Of a DNA stretch of 64,000 nucleotides, positions 57,416 to 64,000 are shown piece by piece. Every line of letters starts with the position of its first letter. Positions within the stretch are counted from its first letter, which is position 1. A model generated the notes under the pieces. The model ran no database searches and had not been told where the DNA came from. It saw only the letters and a program-made list of their open reading frames with translations. Both the position numbers and the translations under genes were made by a program. This stretch comes from a virus (lineage: Duplodnaviria > Caudoviricetes): positions 32,001 to 96,000 of the IMG/VR virus record IMGVR_UViG_3300042090_001530. One strand, 5' to 3'.

Positions 57416-57774
57416 TGATCACAGGCCTGTTGAACGCGGAGACGCCCGCCGACTGGCTGGTCTTCTCGCACGAGCACTCCGCCTGGTGGAAGCCCGCACG
57501 CCGCGGCTACACGGACCGCACCTCGCAGGCAGGCCTGTACGCGGAGGCCGAGGCGCGGGAGATCTGCGAGAACGCCGCCTGGCGCTGGCATCGCGGCGCC
57601 GGTGGCCCGAAGGCCCTGCCGCCAGAGGTGATGGTGCGCGCGGATGCCGACGACAAGTACGCCGCGATCCTCGAAGCCACGCGGATTGCGATCGAAGGCC
57701 GGAGCACGGTCGCCACGACGCCCGAAGCGCCGATCCGGCTCGAGGTCACGCTGCGGAAGGCGGAGGGCCGATGA
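57415..57774 (+). CDS. Hypothetical protein
   Basis: WLVFSHEHSAWWKPARRGYT...AGLY..AEA..IC conserved-looking phage motif; TGATG coupling. Confidence 0.55.
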   Translation: MITGLLNAETPADWLVFSHEHSAWWKPARRGYTDRTSQAGLYAEAEAREICENAAWRWHRGAGGPKALPPEVMVRADADDKYAAILEATRIAIEGRSTVATTPEAPIRLEVTLRKAEGR

Positions 57775-58043
57775 GCAACACCACCACCCGCGAAGGCGTC
57801 TGCGCCAAATGCAGCCAACACCGTCCCCTGTTCAAAATCGCTTTCGATCCGTCCCCGCGCAACGAGGAAGGCGCCGCGCTGGTGTGCGCCCGCTGCTACT
57901 CCGAAGGAGAGCAGCTGAAGGAGACGGTGCCGCAGGAGATGTGCTTCTGGCTGCCGCCGCGTCCCCACGGCTGGAGTCCGTGGATCCCGAAGCAGCTCGA
58001 CCACCACCGCGAGCGACCGACCGTCGAGGAAGGTGCCCGATGA
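57771..58043 (+). CDS. Small Cys-containing protein
   Basis: CAKC...CARC; ATGA coupling. Confidence 0.5.
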   Translation: MSNTTTREGVCAKCSQHRPLFKIAFDPSPRNEEGAALVCARCYSEGEQLKETVPQEMCFWLPPRPHGWSPWIPKQLDHHRERPTVEEGAR

Positions 58044-58663
58044 CCCCCGATGCTTTCGCCGCGCTCGGCGCCCGCCTGCTGCTCGTCCAGCGCTTCCACT
58101 TCCCGATGCAGGCCGTGGTGGCGCTGTCGGACGAGGATGCGATCACCGTTGCTTCCGCCTGGTCGGCGGCGGTGAGCGCCGCCGACCAGGCGGCCGACTG
58201 CCTCGCTGGGGGTGCGCCCTGCCGCACGGAAGTCCACGACGGCGCCTACGCGCGCAACGCATCCGGCGACCGAGGCCACGCCGACAACCGCGACCGGCAG
58301 ATGGGGTTCCAGCAAACCGCCGGGCACACAAGCGATCTCGGGCGCTGGCCGACCAACGTGATACTCAGCCACGGCGAACAGTGTACGGACGCGTGCGCGC
58401 CGAGCTGCCCAGTCGCCGAACTGGATCGCCAGTCCGGCATGCTCGCCTCGGGCGCGAACCCGACCCGACGCGGTTCGGACAAATTCCAGGCAACCTACGG
58501 CGAGTTCGAGGGCGACCGCGAATGCACCCCGGCGCGCGGTGCCGACTCGGGTGGCGCGAGCAGGTTCTTTCCGACGTTCCGCTACGAAGCGAAGGCGTCG
58601 TCGTCCGAACGCCCCAGGCTCGCCGACGGCACACAGTGGCCCACGGTTAAGCCGATCGAGCTC

Positions 58664-59983
58664 TTGACCTCCTCCACCCGCCTGAAGGCGGGGGATTCCT
58701 CACTTCGCAGCGAGGGTTTCCTGCTTCAGCGCCGACTGCCCGCCGGGACGAGTCCCTTGAGGTCTTACATCGGCTCCACAGGCGTCCACCGCGAGCCCCG
58801 CGGCGGTCAGAAGGTTCCGTGCGGCGTTGACGTCGCGGTCGTGGACCGCACCGCACGCGCAGACCCATTCGCGGACGTGCAGCGGCATCTTCTCGGCAAG
58901 CGCCCCGCAGCCCGAGCACATCTTGCTCGACGGGAACCAGCGGTCGATCACGACCAGGCCCCGGCCGTGCCAGGCGCACTTGTACTCCAGCATGCGGCGC
59001 AGCTCGGACCAGGACGCATCCGAGATCGCGCGGGCGAGACTGTGGTTCTTGACCATGTTGGACACGGCCAGGTCCTCGATCACGATCGCTTGGTTCTCGC
59101 GAACGAGCCGAGTCGTCAACTGGTGCAGGTGGTCGCGGCGCCGGTCGCCGATCCGGGCGTGCACGCGCGCGACCTTCACCCTGGCCTTGTCTCGGTTCGC
59201 CGAGCCGGGCTGCTTGCGCGCCAGGTTCCGCTGGGCCTTGGCCAGCTTCTCCCGGTCGCGCTTCTCGTGCTTGGAGTTGCCGATCTTCTCGCCGTTGGAC
59301 AGCGTGGCCAGCGACGTCAGGCCTACGTCGATGCCGACCGCGCGGTTCGCCGCGGCGGGCAGCGCCTCGATCACGTCGTCGCACAGCATCGACACGAACC
59401 AGCGGCCCGCACTGTCGCGCGACACGGTCACGGTCGTCGGCTCCACGCCCGCAGGCAGCGGACGCGACCAGACGATGTCCAGCGGCTCGCGCATCTTCGC
59501 GAGCGTCAACTGCCCGTCCCGGTACCGGAACCCGGATCGGGTGTACTCGGCCGAGAGCTTCGACTTCTTCCGCGATTTGAACTTCGGGTGCCGGGCGCGT
59601 TTGGCGAAGAAGTTCGAGTACGCCGTGTCCAGGTGCCGCAGGGCCTGCTGCAGCGGGACGCACGAGACCTCGGCGAGGAACGCGGTCTCGTCGGTGCGCT
59701 TCCACTCCGTCAGGCGTCCGGAGCAGGCCGCGTAGCCCAGGCGCGTCCCGTCGAGCTTCCATGCTTCGGAGCGCTCGTGCAGGGCCTTGTTGTACACGAA
59801 CCGGACGCAGCCGAAGGTGCGGCTCAACTCCTGAGCCTGCTCTCCGGTGGGGTAGAAGCGGAACTTGAATGCCCGCTTGACCTGCTGCGACATGCTTCAC
59901 ATTCTATCAGATCACTTATGTTCGAGGGGGGAGCGGCGTTTCCTCCCCCGCGTGAACGCGAGGGTATCCACGCCGCGAATCCG
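58664..59983 (-). mobile_element. Non-autonomous IS200/IS605-family element (tnpB only)
   Basis: Right end ...GGAATCCCCCGCCTTCAGGCGGGTGGAGGAGGTCAA; left-end hairpin GCGGCGT...CCCTCGCG-TTCA-CGCGGGGG...ACGCCGC; TCAT abuts the left end; no tnpA; no target duplication. Confidence 0.9.
58700..59893 (-). CDS. tnpB: TnpB RNA-guided endonuclease
   Basis: FKFRFYPT HTH; RuvC residues in GIDVG, VIEDL and DRDVNAARN; CSGC/CACG zinc finger. Confidence 0.95.
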   Translation of the reverse strand: MSQQVKRAFKFRFYPTGEQAQELSRTFGCVRFVYNKALHERSEAWKLDGTRLGYAACSGRLTEWKRTDETAFLAEVSCVPLQQALRHLDTAYSNFFAKRARHPKFKSRKKSKLSAEYTRSGFRYRDGQLTLAKMREPLDIVWSRPLPAGVEPTTVTVSRDSAGRWFVSMLCDDVIEALPAAANRAVGIDVGLTSLATLSNGEKIGNSKHEKRDREKLAKAQRNLARKQPGSANRDKARVKVARVHARIGDRRRDHLHQLTTRLVRENQAIVIEDLAVSNMVKNHSLARAISDASWSELRRMLEYKCAWHGRGLVVIDRWFPSSKMCSGCGALAEKMPLHVREWVCACGAVHDRDVNAARNLLTAAGLAVDACGADVRPQGTRPGGQSALKQETLAAK

Positions 59984-60183
59984 ATGAGATGGCTACTGCG
60001 CCTCGTCACGCCCCCAGGCGGAACGATCTTGGATCCCTTCTGCGGAACGGGCACTACGGGCGAAGCCGCGATCTTGGAAGGGTTCCGCTGCATCCTGATC
60101 GAGAAGGATCCCGTGGCGGCCGATCTCGCCGTGACGCGCCTGTCCAAGCCGCTACAGCCGTCGCTGTTCGGGGACGTGGCCTG

Positions 60184-60585
60184 ATGAGCCTCGACTCGAA
60201 CATCGACCTCTCCGCCGCAGTCGACGCGCTCGTCATCGAAGCCGTCACCGACGACGAACGCGGACTCGCCACCACCGCCGTCCTCAAGATCGCGGCACGC
60301 GACCGGCCCGACCTCACCGAGAAGCACGACATCGAACAGCACGCGCTGCCCATGCTCGCCGCCCTCGGCCTCATTGACCCGCTCGCACCGATCCCCGGAC
60401 TGCCCGACGCCGTCACACACCTGACCGCAGGCAAGCACGTCAAACAGTCCGGCGCCACCACGCACGGCACCGAAGCCGGATACCGGTGGCACGTCCAACG
60501 GCGGTCGCGGTTGTGCTCGCCATGCCAGGCGTGGGGACGCGACAACCAGGCCGACACCGCACACGCAATCCAGAAAGAGGCCTGA
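60184..60585 (+). CDS. Hypothetical protein with a C-terminal His/Cys motif
   Basis: HGTEAGYRWH...CSPC. Confidence 0.55.
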   Translation: MSLDSNIDLSAAVDALVIEAVTDDERGLATTAVLKIAARDRPDLTEKHDIEQHALPMLAALGLIDPLAPIPGLPDAVTHLTAGKHVKQSGATTHGTEAGYRWHVQRRSRLCSPCQAWGRDNQADTAHAIQKEA

Positions 60586-60586
60586 C

Positions 60587-60862
60587 ATGGACAAGAAGCC
60601 CGTCGCCCACCTACAAATCGGCGGCGAACTCCCGTGGGCCGTCGTCGGCACACGCCGACAGTTCGAAGACTCCGAAGTCGAAGTCGTCCACACCTACGGC
60701 CCCGTGCCTACCGAGGAAGACGCCGAAGCGCTCAAAGAAGCGCTCACCGACATGGGGCTCGGCGACGACCAGAAGCTGCACGTCGTCCCCGCCTACGTCA
60801 TACGGCCAGTCCTCGTCACCGAACTGCCAGTCGAGATCGACCTCGACAACGGAGCCGCCTGA
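60587..60862 (+). CDS. Hypothetical protein
   Basis: AAAGAGG RBS. Confidence 0.5.
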   Translation: MDKKPVAHLQIGGELPWAVVGTRRQFEDSEVEVVHTYGPVPTEEDAEALKEALTDMGLGDDQKLHVVPAYVIRPVLVTELPVEIDLDNGAA

Positions 60863-60950
60863 TGCAGAGGTCTCGAGATACACGACCGGCGTCAGCGCCG
60901 GCACGAGACCCAACTTCCAGTCCAGATCCAGCTTGAACAGGACAACCGCC

Positions 60951-61532
60951 TTGGCAACTCCCACGACGACCACACGCCGCAAGCCGCAGCAGCGCGGCTG
61001 GCTCGTCCGTGTAGATCCGGACCTCTGGATCGACCGCCGCTTCGCGCGGTTCTGCGACCGCGAAGCGCGCTTCGGCTACATCAACAGCCTCTTCGTCCTG
61101 GCCGTGACCGACGGACCTATGGGCATCTACCCGCACGTCGCCCTTGAGGCTGAGTTCGACGCCAGTGCCGAGCACGTTGCGGCGCAGCTTACCGATTTCG
61201 GCCTCTGGACGCCCAGCGGCGTCGGGTACCGCGTCACGCCGCACCGCTGCTGCTACATCGTCGCCGACGGCCGCCAGCCGCTCCCGAAGTGGCTCCGCGC
61301 CGCAGTCATGGAGCGTGACGGCTACCGGTGCGTGAAGTGCAGTGCCGCGGGACCGCTCGCTATTGATCACATCTTTCCGTGGTCCAGGGGTGGCGAGGAC
61401 ACGCTCGACAACCTGCAGGTGCTCTGCAAGCCCTGCAACAGCAAGAAGAGCGCGACGGTCCCGTCGCACCTCATCCAGGTTCCGCGTAACGCCGTTACTA
61501 ACGCCGCGACTAACAAGACGGGTGGTGCGTGA
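60951..61532 (+). CDS. HNH endonuclease
   Basis: RDGYRCVKC...IDHIFPWSRGG...NLQVLCKPCNSKK; start (TTG 60951 after AGGA) is uncertain. Confidence 0.8.
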   Translation: MATPTTTTRRKPQQRGWLVRVDPDLWIDRRFARFCDREARFGYINSLFVLAVTDGPMGIYPHVALEAEFDASAEHVAAQLTDFGLWTPSGVGYRVTPHRCCYIVADGRQPLPKWLRAAVMERDGYRCVKCSAAGPLAIDHIFPWSRGGEDTLDNLQVLCKPCNSKKSATVPSHLIQVPRNAVTNAATNKTGGA

Positions 61533-62638
61533 TGCCTTTCTTCCACGTGGATGACGGCTTCCACGGCCACAAGAAGCTCGCGCGACTCGGAATCGAGGAC
61601 TTCCACGCCATCGCGCTCTGGACGGTCGCGGGGAGCTGGAGCTCCGACAACTTGGAAGACGGGTTCGTCCCCGACTACATCGCCGCGCGCATGCACCCGG
61701 ACTACAAGGAGTTCGCCAACGCGCTCGTCCGGGTCGGCCTCTGGGAAGTCGCCGAGAAGGGCGGCGAAGCCGGCTGGCAGTTCCACGACTGGACCGGCCC
61801 CGGCCGGAACCCCAGTGCCGAGCAGGTACACAAGGAGCGTGCGGCCAATGCCGAGCGTCAGCGGGAGTTCCGTTCGCGAGTAAAGGGCACGAAGCCGAAG
61901 GGTGAGGAGCCGCCGGAGCCGCCAGAACCCCAGGGCTGGGCGCCGCCGGATCCTCCGATGAATGACGGTGGCAGTAACGGCGTTACTGAGCCGTTAGTCA
62001 CGGACGGAGTGCGCGACCCCGTTCCGTTCCGTTCCGTTCCGTTCCGCTCCAACGAAGAAAACCCTTTTTCGTCGCCAACGGCTTCGCCGCCAGACGACGC
62101 CAACCTCGCAGCGGTCATTCCGCTCTTCCCCATGGACGAGCCCGCCGAGCCTGCGGCGGAACAGCCGACCGAGAAGAAGGCCAAGCCGAAGGCTGGCCGC
62201 AAGAAGATCTCTGACGCGCCGCGTCCGGACGTCGATGCTCTCTGCAACCGTCTCGTCGAACTCATGATCGCCAACGAGTGCAAGCCGCCCACGATCACCC
62301 AGGCCTGGCGAGACGAGACGCGCCGCATGCTCGACATCGACGGCCGCGACTTCAACAAGGCCATGGGCCTCCTCGAGTGGTCCCAGAAGCACTGGTTCTG
62401 GAAGCCCAACATCCACTCGATGAAGAAGTTCCGCGAAAAGTACGACCAGATGCGCCAGCAGGCAAACGCGGAATGGGAACGCGGCACGATCCCAGGCCAG
62501 CGCGCCAATTCGGATCTCGGGGGCGCCGCGCACATGGAGCGTTTCCGCACCCGGCAGGCCGAGCTTGCCGACGCTGGCACGACCGACCCCACCCAGCAGC
62601 CCGCCTTGGAGGTGTTCCCGTGGGACCGAACGAGCTAG
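61532..62638 (+). CDS. Replication initiator protein
   Basis: FHVDDGFHGHKK...LWTVAGSWS...DGFVP N-domain; W...NIHSMKKFREKYDQM C-domain; upstream of loader and dnaB. Confidence 0.8.
   Translation: MPFFHVDDGFHGHKKLARLGIEDFHAIALWTVAGSWSSDNLEDGFVPDYIAARMHPDYKEFANALVRVGLWEVAEKGGEAGWQFHDWTGPGRNPSAEQVHKERAANAERQREFRSRVKGTKPKGEEPPEPPEPQGWAPPDPPMNDGGSNGVTEPLVTDGVRDPVPFRSVPFRSNEENPFSSPTASPPDDANLAAVIPLFPMDEPAEPAAEQPTEKKAKPKAGRKKISDAPRPDVDALCNRLVELMIANECKPPTITQAWRDETRRMLDIDGRDFNKAMGLLEWSQKHWFWKPNIHSMKKFREKYDQMRQQANAEWERGTIPGQRANSDLGGAAHMERFRTRQAELADAGTTDPTQQPALEVFPWDRTS
62019..62048 (+). repeat. (CCGTT)5-CCGCT pentamer run inside the initiator gene
   Basis: Directly visible tandem repeat. Confidence 0.85.
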
Positions 62639-63036
62639 AGCAGATCACGCAAGGCATCAAGTCCCTGTGCCCGGCGCAGAAGTGGGACGAGTACACGCCC
62701 GACCTGTGGCTTCAAGTGCTGCGGAACGTGTCGTTCAAGGACGCGGCACTCGCTTTGGAGCGGCTCGGCGCCCGGCAGCCGTGGATCGGCGCATCGGACA
62801 TCGCGAACGAAGTGAAAGCGATCCGGCGGGCCCGGGCCGAGCGGTTCACGCCGATGCCGAACGACATCGAAGGCGTCGCGTTCGAAGACGAGTACCGGGT
62901 GCTGCGCGAAGCGGTCGCAGACGGCCGCATGACGCAGGCCGATGTCGCCGCGTACAACCGGTGGGGCGGCTCGCTGTTCCTCGAGCGGCAGCGGCACACG
63001 CTCGCCGCCGCACCTGTGCGGGGTGAGATCGCGTGA
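62620..63036 (+). CDS. Putative helicase loader
   Basis: GGAGG RBS; small helical protein between initiator and dnaB. Confidence 0.55.
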   Translation: MGPNELEQITQGIKSLCPAQKWDEYTPDLWLQVLRNVSFKDAALALERLGARQPWIGASDIANEVKAIRRARAERFTPMPNDIEGVAFEDEYRVLREAVADGRMTQADVAAYNRWGGSLFLERQRHTLAAAPVRGEIA

Positions 63037-64000
63037 ACGACTACGAGCGCGTCCCCCCGCAGGACGCGGCCGCGGAGATGGCGGTCCTCGGCGGCGTGCT
63101 GCTCTCGCGGACAGCACTCGAGGAGGTCACGGAGATCCTCGACGACGGCACGGACTTCTACCAGCCGAAGCACCAGCACGTGTACGACGCGGCCCTCGCC
63201 GTCTACGCCCGCGGCGAACCCGCCGACGCAGTCACGGTCTCGCGCGAACTCGAGCGGCGCGGAGAGATTACGCGCGCCGGCGGCCCGGTCTACTTGCACG
63301 ATCTCATGGAGTCGGTGCCGACCGCGGCCAACGCCGGGTACTACGCGGAGATCGTGCACGAGAAGGCCACGTTGCGCCGGGTCATCCAGGCCGGCACCCG
63401 CGTCACACAGATGGGCTACGAAACAGACGCCGACGACATCGGCGAGATCGTCGACCGCGCCCAGGCTGAAGTGTTCGCGCTCTCCCGGGACCGCGACAAG
63501 CAACTGGAATCGTCGAACAGCGACGAACTGGACGCGATGCTCGAGGAGATCGAGCACCCGACCGGGGAAGGCGTCCTGACGGGCCTCGCAGACCTCGACA
63601 CGCTCACCCACGGCCTACACCCCGGCCAGATGATCGTCGTCGCGGCTCGACCCGCCCTCGGGAAATCCACGCTGGCAACAGACTGGCACCGCCAGACGTC
63701 GATCAGACGCGGCGAGCACTCCGTCCTGTTCTCCCTCGAGATGGGCAAACGGGAGATGCTCAAGCGGATCCTGTCGGCCGAAGCCCGCATCCCCCTGCAC
63801 CATCTGAGCGGCGGCCAGATGGCAGACCGCGACTGGGACCGGGTCGCCGAACATCGGGGGCGGATCGGGTCTGCGCCACTGCACATCATCGACGACGAGT
63901 ACACGCTCAACGGCATCCGCACGAGGGCGCGCAGCATCGCCCGCAAGCACCCCGTGAAGCTGATCACCATCGACTACCTCCAGTTGATCAGTGGCGCGAG
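63033..64000 (+). CDS. dnaB: Replicative DNA helicase DnaB (partial, runs off the window)
   Basis: PPQDAAAEMAVLGG; GVLTGLADLD; IVVAARPALGKST Walker A; FSLEM; IDYLQL. Confidence 0.95.
   Translation, partial: MNDYERVPPQDAAAEMAVLGGVLLSRTALEEVTEILDDGTDFYQPKHQHVYDAALAVYARGEPADAVTVSRELERRGEITRAGGPVYLHDLMESVPTAANAGYYAEIVHEKATLRRVIQAGTRVTQMGYETDADDIGEIVDRAQAEVFALSRDRDKQLESSNSDELDAMLEEIEHPTGEGVLTGLADLDTLTHGLHPGQMIVVAARPALGKSTLATDWHRQTSIRRGEHSVLFSLEMGKREMLKRILSAEARIPLHHLSGGQMADRDWDRVAEHRGRIGSAPLHIIDDEYTLNGIRTRARSIARKHPVKLITIDYLQLISGA

Larger units (their letters stand above)
58040..60184 (+). pseudogene. N4/N6 DNA methyltransferase-like gene lacking an evident DPPY motif, interrupted by an IS
   Basis: GRWPTNV...GGASRFF...PTVKPIEL (to 58663) rejoins MRWLLRLVTPPGGTILDPFCGTGTTG (from 59984). 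Confidence 0.75.

Noticed and set aside
57644-58039. N-terminal extension of the 846-aa ORF
   Set aside because: It overlaps two better ORFs (57415-57774, 57771-58043). The methylase-like gene starts at ATG 58040.
60486-60950. N-terminal extension of the HNH ORF
   Set aside because: It overlaps ORFs 60184-60585 and 60587-60862 and is Ser/Thr/Arg low-complexity.

Overview
High-GC actinobacterial temperate siphovirus-type phage, read almost end to end. Order on +: portal fusion, head genes, tail and tail-fibre genes, lysis module (to ~32.8 kb), two membrane genes, tyrosine integrase (-), att-like region, tandem-HTH repressor (-) with four CTTC-N6-GAAG operators, cro/xis, RecE/RecT-like recombination, many small early genes, a C5 methylase, a methylase remnant interrupted by an IS200/IS605 tnpB element, and an HNH-rep-loader-dnaB replication block running off the right edge. 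The integrase and att-like site have phage genes on both sides, which suggests the excised or virion arrangement. The standout is at 51.2-52.4 kb: a stand-alone Cas7/RAMP-like gene (51768-52442) with no other cas genes and no CRISPR array. Directly upstream is a ~550 bp non-coding array of about 13 units, each starting with an NNGAC-NACCC anchor and continuing as a 5-nt lattice of variable dinucleotides and C-rich triplets. This looks like a phage-encoded, non-CRISPR RNA-guided (VIPR-like) system. Also notable: a portal-Nudix-2H-gpF fusion, an in-frame stop-free IS insertion, a candidate +1 tail-chaperone frameshift, and a divergent Phd/GIY-YIG pair with twin operators. All family calls come from motif recognition by eye; no searches were run.
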